Shown here: piece after piece, positions 1-10,640 of the stretch
Layout of the letters: every line of letters begins with the position of its first letter
Numbering within the stretch: the stretch's first letter is position 1
Origin: Chiloscyllium plagiosum
Taxonomy: Eukaryota
Reading direction: 5' to 3'
Assembly (NCBI RefSeq): GCF_004010195.1
Contig: NC_057760.1
Coordinates: 2,798,413-2,834,005 of the forward strand
Length of the DNA: 35,593 nucleotides
Position numbers and translations under genes: made by a program
Notes under the pieces: model-generated
What the model was told of the DNA's origin: nothing
Databases searched by the model: none
What the model saw: the letters and a program-made list of their open reading frames with translations, nothing else

Positions 1-784
1 GCACTGTCGCAGGGTCAGTGCTGAGGGAGTGGGCACTGTTGGAGGGTCAGTGGTGAGGGAGCGGGAAATGTCGGAGGATCAGCGCTGAGGGACTGTTGCA
101 CTGTCAGAGGGTCAGTGCTGAGGGAGTGGGCACTATCGGAGGGTCAGTGCTGAGGGAGTGGGCATTGTCGGAGGGTCAGTGCTGAGGGAGTGCCGCACTA
201 TCGGAGGGTCAGTGCTGAGGGAGCGAGCACTGTCGGAGGGTCAGTGCTGAGGGAGCAGGCACTGTCGGAGGGTCAGTGCTGAGGGAGTGCCACACTGTCG
301 GAGGGTCAGTGCTGAAGGAGCGCTGCACTGTCGCAGGGTCAGTGCTGAGGGAGTGGGCACTTTCGGAGGGTCAGTGGTGAGGGAGCGCCGCACTGTCGGA
401 GGATCAGCGCTGAGGGAGCGGGCGCTGGTCGCAGGGTCAGCGCTGAGGGAGTGGGCACTGGTCGGAGGGTCAGCGGTGAGGGAGCGGGCACTGTCGGAGG
501 GTCAGTGCTGAGGGAGCGGGAAATGTCGGAGGGACAGTGCTGAGGGAGTGCTGCACTGTCAGAGGGTCAATGCTGAGGGACTGTTGCACTGTCGGAGGGT
601 CAGCGCTGAGGGACTGTTGCACTGTCAGAGGGTCAGTGCTGAGGGAGCGGGCACTGTCAGAGGGTCAGCGCTGAGGGACTGGGCACTGTCGGGGGTCAGC
701 GCTGTGGGAGTGCCACACTGTTGGAAGGTCAGTGCTGAGGGAGTACTGCACTGTCGGAGGGTCAGCGCTGAGGGAGCGGGCGCT
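1..784. repeat. ~30-bp minisatellite (GCACTGTCGGAGGGTCAGTGCTGAGGGAGY) running into an assembly gap
   Basis: About 26 tandem degenerate units are visible. The ORFs here are translations of the repeat. Confidence 0.95.
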
Positions 785-1284
785 NNNNNNNNNNNNNNNN
801 NNNNNNNNNNNNNNNNNNNNNNNNNNNNNNNNNNNNNNNNNNNNNNNNNNNNNNNNNNNNNNNNNNNNNNNNNNNNNNNNNNNNNNNNNNNNNNNNNNNN
901 NNNNNNNNNNNNNNNNNNNNNNNNNNNNNNNNNNNNNNNNNNNNNNNNNNNNNNNNNNNNNNNNNNNNNNNNNNNNNNNNNNNNNNNNNNNNNNNNNNNN
1001 NNNNNNNNNNNNNNNNNNNNNNNNNNNNNNNNNNNNNNNNNNNNNNNNNNNNNNNNNNNNNNNNNNNNNNNNNNNNNNNNNNNNNNNNNNNNNNNNNNNN
1101 NNNNNNNNNNNNNNNNNNNNNNNNNNNNNNNNNNNNNNNNNNNNNNNNNNNNNNNNNNNNNNNNNNNNNNNNNNNNNNNNNNNNNNNNNNNNNNNNNNNN
1201 NNNNNNNNNNNNNNNNNNNNNNNNNNNNNNNNNNNNNNNNNNNNNNNNNNNNNNNNNNNNNNNNNNNNNNNNNNNNNNNNNNNN
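785..1284. other. Assembly gap (500 N)
   Basis: Run of N. Confidence 1.
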
Positions 1285-1851
1285 AGTCAGTTTCAGCAGT
1301 GAGGTGGTTGCCTGCGTTGTGATTATAGGAAAGCCTCACTGTTTTGAGTGTGACTCAGTTGCTAACTTCAGTACTTGCAGATAACTGGGTGTTCATATTT
1401 CTTCCGAACAGCTGAAACAGTAGGAATTATGGTCTGCAATGGATTTGGTTGTCCCTCGTTCACCAACCACAACAAATCATTAACAGTGTGTATAACATTG
1501 GAGTATTTGGAGGAGCTGAGAAAGAAACTTTGCATCCAGAAGCTGTGGGTGCAGTATCCTCAGCTGCAGGGCTCTGGACCAAGACCTGGATAGTGGGATG
1601 AAGCTGGAGACATTTCTTCAATTTTGCGATTGTAGATCTTTGGAATTTGTGATGCCACAGAGCAGTGGATGCTCAGTCATTGAGTATAAGGGATTCAGGT
1701 GACTTGATCACTTTTGAATCTTGGGGATTTGAGGCCCCTGGGAATTTTGTGGGAAAGTGGGCTTGATTAAACATGACTTTATCGAATGACGACTTTCCCT
1801 CTTGCCGGGGTTATTGCTACCTCCTCGTGCTGACCCTTCTGTTGTTTGCAG

Positions 1852-1986
1852 GCAACCCTTCCTGTGAAGAGTGTGGCAGCAGCTGCTGCGAAAAACAAGG
1901 ATGACCTGGTGGTCGCTGAAGTCGAAATCAATGATGTTCCCATCAACTGTCGAAATCTGCTCACCCGGGGGCAGACTCAGGACGAG
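1852..1986 (+). CDS. KHDC4: KHDC4 coding exon (human exon 3 equivalent), start of KH domain 1
   Basis: ttgcAG|GCA...GAG|GTgaga. Encodes ATLPVKS...[30 protein letters not shown], matching KHDC4. Upstream exons are outside the window or in the gap. Confidence 0.95.
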
Positions 1987-2420
1987 GTGAGAGAACTATT
2001 AGGAGGAAACTGTCCACTTGGAGTAGGGGCAACAGAGCTCTGTGGGGGGGGGGGCTCTGACCAGAGCAGCCCCTTCGTGGGAAGGGAAGGAGCTCTGACT
2101 GGAGTATAAGGGTCTCTGATTCTCTACATTGGTCGTGGAGAGGTCTATGCTCAAGCTCTGGATTCTTCATTTAACTGACTCCGTTTCAGGTTTCATATGC
2201 AAGGTGTAAGTTGCAGCATATCCTTGTATGTGGTGTGACTCTCGGTCTTGAAGGGGTGCCGCCTACTCAGAAAGGTTTCTTGTCTCTATATTTGCTTCCT
2301 TTACAATTAAAGTTTCCTCCATGGCATCTACTCAGATTTTTCAAACTGTTTATTGATGACATTTCTCTTGAGGGATCAATGGGGTTTTCATTTTAAAGAT
2401 ATGATTATGAATATTATAAA

Positions 2421-3010
2421 GGGCAGCACGGTGGCTCAGTGGTTAGCACTGCTGCCTCACCACACTAGCAACCGAGTTCAGTTCCACCCTCAGACGACTG
2501 TCTATATGGAGTTTGCACATTCTCCCTGTGTCTGCGTGGGTTTACTTCTGGTGCTATGGGTCTGGTTTCCTCCCACAGTCCAAAAATGTGCAGGTTAGGA
2601 TGGAATGGCCATGGGAAATTGTCCCATAGTGCCCAGGGATGTGCAGGTTAGGGTGGATTGGCCGTGGGAAATTGTCCCATAGTGCCCAGGGATGTGCAGG
2701 TCATGGTGGATTGGCCGTGGGAAATTGTCCCATAGTGCCCAGGGATGTGCAGGTTAGGGTGGATTGGCCGTGGGAAATTGTCCCATAGTGCCCAGGGATG
2801 TGCAGGTTAGGGTGGATTGGCCGTGGGAAATTGTCCCATAGTGCCCAGGGATGTGCAGGCAAGTAATTAGCCATGGGAAATGCAGGCTTATGGGGACAGG
2901 GTTGTGGGAGGGAGGGTAATGGTGAGCCTGGGTGGGATGCTCTTCAGAGAGTTGGTGTGGACTCAGTGGGCAGAATGGCTTTGTTCTACACTGTAGGGAT
3001 TGTATAATTC
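2421..3010 (+). mobile_element. HE1-type tRNA-derived SINE with internal 53-bp tandem expansion
   Basis: Has an A-box head (GGTGGCTCAGTGGTTAGCAC), a V-domain-like core (TGGAGTTTGCACATTCTCCCTGTGTCTGCGTGGGTT) and a CR1-like 3' tail. About 5.5 copies of a 53-bp unit lie at 2588-2880. Confidence 0.85.
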
Positions 3011-3061
3011 TATTCTATTTGAAATAACATTTGAGATGATTCTAAGTTTGTTTTTATATAG

Positions 3062-3141
3062 GTCAGCCGGCTGACTGGAGCAGCTGTGTCTACACGAGGG
3101 CGATTCATGGCACCAGAGGAGAAAGTACAGGCTACCCCAGG
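3062..3141 (+). CDS. KHDC4: KHDC4 coding exon (exon 4 equivalent)
   Basis: tatAG|GTC...GG|GTatgt, 80 nt. Encodes VSRLTGAAVSTRGRFMAPEEKVQATPG. Confidence 0.95.
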
Positions 3142-3630
3142 GTATGTCCTTGTTCATGAGCACTCTCTTCCTTCCTTTCCTCAATTTACTCATCCAGATC
3201 TGGGAGTTTACGCCATCCAACCTTTATTCTTCTGGCTGGTCTCAGCTGTGGTTGGTGAGTAGCAGACTCGCTCGCATCTTGGAATCAGCTCATTGTTCAA
3301 GACCTAATCCAGAAACAGAATCCAGGTTGGGACTTGCAATAGAATACTGAGGCCTCTTAATGAGGTGTTAGGCTGTAGCTCCGCCTTAACATATGAATGT
3401 CATCACGCCCCTGTCAGAGCCTGTTCTTTTGCCTCTTGTGTCCTTAATGGGGCACTGAGGCCAGTTGTTGTCCTGATGGAGCAGTGCCTTCTCTGGAAAC
3501 TCAGGGTTACTCTGTCTTTGAGCTGCTGCTGCTGTCCAGTTTGCGGCACCAGACCCTTTTGGATTGTTTTTGTTCCACATTAAGCTTTCAGAAAGATTCT
3601 TACTTATGTTTCTTATTACACCCCTTGCAG

Positions 3631-3683
3631 CGATCGTGCTCTGTATCTGCACATCCAAGGGCAGACTCGGGATGTTGTTGACA
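3631..3683 (+). CDS. KHDC4: KHDC4 coding exon (exon 5 equivalent)
   Basis: ttgcAG|C...A|GTaagt, 53 nt. Encodes DRALYLHIQGQTRDVVD; phases are compatible with its neighbours. Confidence 0.95.
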
Positions 3684-3761
3684 GTAAGTATAAAACTGTT
3701 GAGTCTGGCCTCTCCGAAGTTCAGGCCAGCTTTAATTTCTGTCTTCTGCCGCTTTAGTAAA

Positions 3762-3998
3762 TGAGCCAGGCCAGCATTCTGTGCACCGTGTTATCACAGC
3801 CTGTGTGGGTGATGGGCTGGTAATCAGCCATTAGTTAGTGAGCCAGGCCAGCATTCTGTGCACTGTGTTATCACAGCCTGTATGGGTGATGGGCTGGTAA
3901 TCAGCCATTAGTGAGTGAGTCAGGCCAGCATTCTGTGCACTGTGTGTTATCACAGCCTGTATGGGTGATGGGCTGGTAATCAGCCATTAGTTAGTGAG
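3762..3998. repeat. Tandem repeat, 3 x ~77-79 bp
   Basis: TGAGCCAGGCCAGCATTCTGTGCAC...GGTAATCAGCCATTAG recurs at 3762, 3839 and 3916. Confidence 0.9.
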
Positions 3999-4112
3999 GA
4001 TGTGAACACATGCCTCTGTTTTTAAGTCCATACAGTGCCTGTGCTGGGAATGTTTGATGGGTGATAGTGTAGAGTGTTCTGCCTTTTGCACTCTGCTTTT
4101 GTACGTTGGGGA

Positions 4113-4245
4113 TCAGGAGGATGAAGAAAGTGGAACATGTGCAGTGCTGGTGGTTCTGCTGATACTGTCCTCCAATAGAAACTGGGCTGAGAGAACGACC
4201 CCACTTCCAGTGAAAGTCGGGGGTTCACTGTACAGCCCAATAGTT
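4113..4245 (+). ncRNA. SCARNA4: Second SCARNA4-like scaRNA copy with variant AUA box
   Basis: Identical to 5983-6110 except for 2 substitutions. It ends CCCA-AUA-GUU instead of CCCA-ACA-UUU. Confidence 0.7.
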
Positions 4246-4399
4246 AATACAGTGCCAACCTTTCTGCTTCAAAGAGTTGTGGATTTTAACCATACGTTAG
4301 ATGTTAACCCTAACCCAACGTTTGAGAAGATGTTCTCTGTGGAATACTGAGAAAGCAATGAGTTTTCAAAAGGTCCGGTATTGAGGCTTGCTCAGTACA

Positions 4400-4660
4400 A
4401 TGGGGACGCTGCATTGAGGGAGTTAGCACTGTCAGAGAGTCCGCGCTGATGGAGTTGGCACCGTCGGAGGGTCAGCACTGAGGAAGCAGGCACCTTCGGA
4501 GGGTCAGCGCTGAGGGAGCGCCGTACTGTTGGAGGGTCAACACTGAGGGTGCATGGCATGTTGGAGCATCAGTGCTGAGGGTGTGTGGCATTGTTGGAGA
4601 GTCTGCACTGAGGGAGCGCTGCACTGTTGGAGGGTCAGTGCTGAGGGCGCACCACGCCAC
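4400..4660. repeat. Degenerate copy of the 30-bp minisatellite
   Basis: Same unit as 1-784. Confidence 0.85.
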
Positions 4661-4809
4661 GTCAGTTTTATTTTTATACATGCCATGATACACTGGCAGT
4701 CTTGGGTGGGTGTGTGATTGAGAGCAGGATTAGGCTGATATGCTAACCAAGCCCATGGTTGCTTTTGGGAATTGTTAAACCTCCCCTCAGCAAGTATGTG
4801 ACACTTTGA

Positions 4810-5365
4810 GTTGCATTGAATTGAATTGATTGTCCCATGTACCGAGGCACAGTGAAAAGCTTTGTCTTGCGAGCAATACAGGCAGATCACACAGTTAAGT
4901 AGCATAGACAATAAATAATAGGCAAACAGCAGCAAAAACACAGGTACAGGTGAATGTTAAGGGTTTCTGAGTCCATTCTAACAACAGTAGAAACTGTTAT
5001 GAAACCGGCTGGTGTGTGTGTTCACGCTTCTATACCTTTTCCCCGGTGGTAGAGGTTGTAGAAAAACATTGCCAGGGTGGGATGGATCTTTGAGAATGCT
5101 GGCAGCCTTTCCCTGACAGCGGGCCTGGTAGATGGATTCTATAGATGGGAGGTTGGCCTTTGTGATTGTCCGGGCCGAGTTCACTACTCTCTGTAACTGT
5201 CTCCGATCTTGAATGGTACAGTTGCCATACCAGGTAGTGATACATCCAGACAGAATGCTCTCGATGGCGTACCTATAAAAGTTGGCAAGGGTATTTGCCA
5301 TCATGTCAAATTTCCTCAGCTGTCTGAGGAAGAAGAGACATTGTTGGGCCTTTGTAACCAGTGCA
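4810..5365 (-). mobile_element. 5'-truncated non-LTR retrotransposon (Rex1/Babar-like) 3' fragment
   Basis: The - strand ORF reads KAQQCLFFLRQLRKF...FYRYAIESILSGCITTWYG...LQRVVNSA, a DUF1891-like LINE C-terminus. It ends in a (CAATT)n-type tail. Confidence 0.8.
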
Positions 5366-5470
5366 GAATGGAAAGGAGGAAAGCTGAGACAGTTATAGAA
5401 TTGGTCTTTTGATTGTACCTGATAAGTCAATAGTTAAGTTTCATCATTTATACTTTGGATTTCTTTGCAG

Positions 5471-5625
5471 AGGCTGTGAACCGGATTAAAGAGATCATTG
5501 CAGGTGGAGTTATAAAGGCTGTTAGTGCTTCCGGCTCGCAGTTCAATGGTCCAATGGTTACTGTCTATCACCAGCCAGCCCCTGTTACTCATCCTACAAC
5601 CACCACAGCGAAATCACAAGCTGGG
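5471..5625 (+). CDS. KHDC4: KHDC4 coding exon (exon 6 equivalent)
   Basis: ttgcAG|AG...GGG|GTaagt. Encodes [37 protein letters not shown]... Confidence 0.95.
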
Positions 5626-5982
5626 GTAAGTACAGTATCTTAAAGACCATTTAGGTCTGAATTAGTCCCTCGATCCCCTCGCTCTGTGGCTCTGAATAGC
5701 GGTGTGCGTGAACTCAGCTTTCTGTACCTCTGCATTACTCAATTAGAAGGAATACCATGCAACTACTGTACACCATTGATAACAGTTTTCAATGCACTGG
5801 TGACCATTCGGAGCCCTGGGAATATAACCCTGTGCTGTCCATGTCTTGGGAATGTTGGTTGAGGGACAGTGTAGAGAAAGCTTTTACTCTGTACCACCCT
5901 GTGGTGTCCCTGTCTGGGGAACATTTGATGGGGTTAGTGTAGAGTGTTCTGCCTTTTGCACTCTGCTTTTGTACATTGGGGA

Positions 5983-6115
5983 TCAGGAGGATGAAGAAAG
6001 TGGAACATGTGCAGTGCTGGTGGTTCTGCTGATACTGTCCTCCAATAGAAACTGGGCTGAGAGAACAACCCCACTTCCAGTGAAAGTTGGGGGTTCACTG
6101 TACAGCCCAACATTT
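5983..6115 (+). ncRNA. SCARNA4: SCARNA4 (ACA26)-like box H/ACA scaRNA, intronic in KHDC4
   Basis: Structure is hairpin GGAGGA...UCCUCC, H box AUAGAA (6045-6050), hairpin GGGCUG...CAGCCC, then ACA (6110-6112) plus 3 nt. Pocket 1 (AAGAA/GAUACU) is complementary to U2 snRNA around U41. Pocket 2 (GAGAACA/ACUGUAC) is complementary to U2 around U39. Human SCARNA4 is hosted by KHDC4. Confidence 0.85.
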
Positions 6116-7597
6116 TTCACTCTTAAAACCTATCACTCTGTAACTTGTCTTCCGCACGTCAAGTTTGTGAATGGCCACCTGTCACAGGTACTCTGCCATT
6201 CCTTGTGCCTGAGCTGGAATCTCGAATGAATGTCTGAGGTGAAAGTGTTCTCCCGGTCCTGTGTAATATGTATGTCTTCAAGATAAATCAACCAGTCTTT
6301 CGCAGAAACCAAATCCCTGTTTGGTGACTCCTGGTAAAGACCATTGACTTGAGTGTGGGATTGCGCAGACCTGTCAGATAGCCTGTCACCTGCTTCTTGA
6401 GAAATGTCATGGCTGTAGTTGGTTGAGAGACAAATCCTAATTGTGTGACTGCTACCAGTGAAGGTTTTCTCTATCTTAACCATTAATACTGCTCACTGAC
6501 TGTTCCATTCAAACGCTGGAGTGGGATGGGGCATATGAGAGATATGTGGGAGATTCAAGTTTGACATCCCTGAGAACATAAAATTGGAAGCAGGGCTCGG
6601 CAGTTCAGTCCTTCAAATCTGTTGTCATTTAATGTGATCATGGCTGATCTCCTCTAAGCTTCAACTCTACGTTCCTGCCTGCTACCCATAACCCTGTAAC
6701 CCATTGCTAATTAAAAATCCTTCTTAAGTTTATTTAGTGTCCTGGCATCCACTGCATTGTGGGACAGTGAATTTTGAGTTAAGCAGTTTCTCGTCTGTTT
6801 TAAATCTACCATCTCTTAGCCTCTTGTTCTAGATTGCTGCACAAGGAGAACCATCTGCTTTGCATCTCTATACTGTTTGTTGCTTCTGTGTTGTTCTGAT
6901 AGTGTTGTACCTTTAGATATTAGAATTGTGCGCACTCATTTCCAGTTACAGAAGTTTGATCAGAAAAGACCAATGCACATACCTCCTTGGGGATCTACTT
7001 GTGTTACCTTCTCTTCACCTTCCTCTCCTCAGAAATTACCCTGAATGTGTGTTTCATCATCCTGGTTGTTCATTCTCTGTTACCTTTTCTCACCTTCTGC
7101 AGTGTTACCTTACTGCTTCTGAACAGTGGGACCTCATTATGAGGGTAAACTGAAAAAAGGCTTCTGACCAACAGAAATAGTTTCTCTGTATACATCCTGC
7201 TGAATCCCTTAATTATCTTGATCAGACTACCCCTAATTCAGCTACAGTTGAATGATTCCATTTGGTTTGTTTTTAATGAATTGTTTTCTTGCTCTGGGGA
7301 GTTTTCACTGAACCTCTCACCCATTCCTGCCCTCTCAAAAGGTTAACATCTCTCTCCTGAGGTGTGGCCCCAGAACCAAACAGACGAATAAAGCAGTGTG
7401 AAAGCTGCCTCACCACTCCACACATCATGTGGCACCATTGCTCAAACTGGCCCAGTGTTTTCTTTCTCACCCAACGTCAATCACTTCAAATACCACTGGC
7501 TAATGCTGCACCTGCAATGTTGACGGAGTTGCTCCTGCTTCACTATTCGCGATTCTTGGTGCCTGATGTATAGTCTGTTCCTTCCTTTACTCCACAG

Positions 7598-7809
7598 ATG
7601 CATTATGTTCAGGATAAAGTTTTTGTGGGTCTGGAGCAGATTGATCCAGCTTTTAACATTAAAGAGAAAGTGGAGGGGCCAGGCGGATCCTACCTGCAAC
7701 ACATTCAGGCTGAGACTGGTGCCAAAGTTTTCCTGCGTGGGAAGGGTTCAGGCTGCCTGGAGCCTGCCTCTGGGAGAGAGGCCTTTGAACCAATGTACAT
7801 CTATATCAG
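7598..7809 (+). CDS. KHDC4: KHDC4 coding exon (exon 7 equivalent), KH domain 2
   Basis: ccacAG|ATG...AG|GTacta, 212 nt. Encodes [13 protein letters not shown]...[48 protein letters not shown]. Confidence 0.97.
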
Positions 7810-8114
7810 GTACTAACAATTATTGCCAGAAGGTTCCAATGGGTTACATGTTCTCTGTTTAGATGAGACGTGTCAGTGCACCACGTCCATGCCAGTCTTT
7901 GACTTGATTTGTTCACTGCCACTTGCACACTGAAGCCATTTTACAATGCATGCACAAACTAGCACAAATACATAGCGAGGAACAATGACTGATGTAATGG
8001 CCATATATGTATAATATATATATCAGTGGCAATAGGATAGACTGAGCATTCACTCTTTCATCAGGAGTCTCCGCCATCTGCAGCTGATGTGAGTCCATCT
8101 CCTCACAGCATGGA

Positions 8115-8765
8115 GTAGGAGTGTTACTCTGTATCTAACCCTGTGCTGTCCCTGTCCTGGGAGTATTTGGTGGGGACAGTGCAGAGGGAGTATTACTCTG
8201 TATCTAGCCCTTTGTTGCCCTACCCTGGGAATGTTTGATTGGGGGATAGTGTAGAGGAAGCTTTGCTCTGTAATTAATGTTCTGTCCCTGTTTTGGGACT
8301 GTGAGATGGGGCACAGTGTAGTGGGAGCTTTACTCTGTATCCAGCCTTGTGCTGTCACTGTCCTAGGAGTGTTTGATGAGGAGGGGGGATATGGGAACAG
8401 TGTAGAGAGAGCTTTACTCTGTCTCTAAAGCAGTGCTGTCCCTGTCCTGGGAGTGTTTGGTGGGAACAATCTAGAGGGAGCTTTACTCTGTGTCTAACCC
8501 TATGCTGTCCCTGAGCCAGGGAGTGTTTGATGGGGGACAGTGTAGAGGGAGCTTTACTGTGTATCTAATGCAGTGCTGTCCCTGTCCTGGGAGTGTTTGA
8601 TGGGGGACAGTGTAGAGGGAGCTTTACTGTGTATCTAATGCAGTGCTGTCCCTGTCCTGGGAGTGTTTGGTGGGGACAGTGTCAAAGGAGCGTTACTCTG
8701 TCTCTACCCAATGCTGCTCCTGTCCTGGGAGTGTTTGGTGGGGACAGTGTCGAGGGAGCTGTTCT
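8115..8765 (+). repeat. ~61-bp satellite (GGGACAGTGTAGAGGGAGCTTTACTCTGTATCTAACCC...)
   Basis: About 10 degenerate tandem units. Short copies also occur at ~4030-4075 and ~5820-5945. Confidence 0.9.
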
Positions 8766-8819
8766 GTCAGGGTGCTGAGTGTGATTCCTCTCTAATGAAT
8801 TGAATTGTTTTGCTTGCAG

Positions 8820-8880
8820 TCATCCCAAACCAGAGGGTCTTTCAGCTGCAAGGAAACTTTGTGAGAGCTTGCTGCAGACT
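8820..8880 (+). CDS. KHDC4: KHDC4 coding exon (exon 8 equivalent)
   Basis: ttgcAG|T...ACT|GTgagt, 61 nt. Encodes HPKPEGLSAARKLCESLLQT. Confidence 0.95.
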
Positions 8881-9306
8881 GTGAGTATCACTTCCGTAAT
8901 GGGCTTAATCACTCCAGTGTTCCTATTCCTCTCCCATCGCCGTTAATCCCCAATCCAATGACGAGCCAGTTTCTACCAGCTTTGTGATTTGTCATTGTTG
9001 GCTCTGGCAGTGTAGTCGGATGTTCGGCTCTGGGCGGAATCATAGTGAACAGCTGGGTTTATTGTCTTCTGACGGCTGGAGTGATTCAGGAGCAGGAACC
9101 TGAACTCTTGGGACTGAATCCAGGTGGAACTGTTGACTCCTCATTCCAGTTGGAATCAGCATAGACTGTATACAGAAGCTGAGGCCCTCTGGTTTGCTTC
9201 AAGATGGCAGCTTCTCTGGGATACTTCAATATCCTTTGAGTATGGGCTTGATGCAGACTGGCTAAAGTGTGATAACTGAATCCATTTTCTTTCTTACTCT
9301 CTGTAG

Positions 9307-9367
9307 GTCCACAGTGAGCATTCCAGGTTCCTAAGTCAAATGAATTCATCAGTCATGCCACCACAAG
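9307..9367 (+). CDS. KHDC4: KHDC4 coding exon (exon 9 equivalent)
   Basis: ctgtAG|GTC...G|GTacgt. Encodes VHSEHSRFLSQMNSSVMPPQ. Confidence 0.92.
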
Positions 9368-9697
9368 GTACGTTTTGGAATAAAAAGGTACTTGGTTAGA
9401 CCTGAAGCCTTCGACCCCTGCTCAGAGACTTGGTCACTTCAGTAGTCTATTACTGTCTACCCATGCAGTTGGCTAGGCACTGGTCCCCTGGCTGAGAGTG
9501 ATTTCAGCTGTTTTCAGGAGATTACTGTTCAGGTTTGCAGATGTGCTGAAGTGTTTATCTCAGTGAATGTTTCTGACCGTCTGGGGCACGTCTGCGAGAT
9601 GTTTCCTCGTGTACTCTGAGCAGTCTGTACTCAGTGCCTCAGCAGCTGTGTGTCTAGCACTCACTGTCTACTAACCTGTATATTCTCTGTTTTAAAG

Positions 9698-9885
9698 GTT
9701 ACCAGCAGGTACCTGGAGCTGTGCCCCAGCAGCATTATTACCCTGGCCAGGGTTACCAGGCCAGGTACCCAGTGGGCCCTATTCCGCTACAGTCCTCACA
9801 GAGTTCATATCCCAGACCATGTGGTCCTGAAGCTGCACAGTTCCCAGTGTCGGGAGCAGCACAGCCCCTGGCTGTGCCTGGGCAG
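9698..9885 (+). CDS. KHDC4: KHDC4 coding exon (exon 10 equivalent), Pro/Gln/Tyr-rich
   Basis: ttaaAG|GT...CAG|GTatgt. Encodes GYQQVPGAVPQQHYYPGQGYQARYPV...PGQ. Confidence 0.9.
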
Positions 9886-9986
9886 GTATGTTTCCACCAT
9901 CATTTGTGGATGCCCATAGTCATCTAGAGATATCTGATACAACTTGTACTTGGGTGGGTAAATGAGGGGGAGAAGTGTCTGATGAG

Positions 9987-10103
9987 TGTTATAGCTGGGT
10001 CTGGGCTGGGTTAGTCAGGGGGGAGGTGTGTGTGATACTGGTTATACCTGGGTCTGGGCTGGGTTAGTCAGGGGGAGGTGTGTGTGATACTGGTTATACC
10101 TGA
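9987..10103. repeat. Short tandem duplication (~52 bp x 2.3)
   Basis: GTTATAC/GCTGGGTCTGGGCTGGGTTAGTCAGGGGGAGGTGTGTGTGATACTG is repeated. Confidence 0.85.
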
Positions 10104-10472
10104 GTTCTGGCTGTTAGCCAGCTTTGACTCTGTGTTTCTGAGTCAGATTATTGTTCAAACCATCCTGTTTAGAAAGCTGTTGTTTATTTCTGAATGTCAT
10201 ATTTTTGCATGAGAGTGCTGGGAATCTGCACTTTCCAGTGGGCTGTCCGACTACTTTCAGGGTGGGAGTGGTTACTGTCTTCCCTGGTTGATGAATGATG
10301 TGCTCTGACTGTGTTGCAGCAGTAAGACTTGATCACCTCAGTCAGGGTCAGATGGATCCTTGGTTCCTGAGTGCTTCTGCATGAGAAGGAGTGAGCTGTA
10401 TTGCTGTGGCTCTTGTCATGGAGCACATATTAAAGTCATGTTTGTTCTAATTTTAATACCATTTGTGTGCAG

Positions 10473-10640
10473 CAAAACCCTGTGGTTGGCAACTACGCCA
10501 CGCCATTACCTGTGAATACACCTGCTTATGATGGGATGATGGGTGCACCGAGACCCTCCACTCACCTCCCTCCACCTCAGGGCCACAAGAGACGCTTCAC
10601 TGAAGAGAGTGAAGAGGAATCGGCACTGCTGGGCTACCAG
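10473..10640 (+). CDS. KHDC4: KHDC4 coding exon (exon 11 equivalent)
   Basis: gtgcAG|CAA...CAG|GTggga. Ends in the conserved KRRFTEE...LLGYQ. Confidence 0.92.

Noticed and set aside
287..1384. Long ORFs across the start of the window
   Set aside because: They are translations of minisatellite plus the N gap.
4054..4350. Paralogous ~100-127 aa ORFs at 4054 and 5846
   Set aside because: They are incidental translations of the duplicated scaRNA block, with no protein homology or splice support.
8975..9057. Hairpin with CATAGTGAAC, faintly like SNORA80E/SNORA42 (hosted by human KHDC4)
   Set aside because: No H box, second hairpin or ACA follows. I could not locate a convincing SNORA80 homolog by eye; cmscan would be decisive.
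10298..10430. Two hairpins ending in ACA plus 3 nt, resembling an H/ACA RNA
   Set aside because: There is no ANANNA H box in the hinge and no recognisable guide target.
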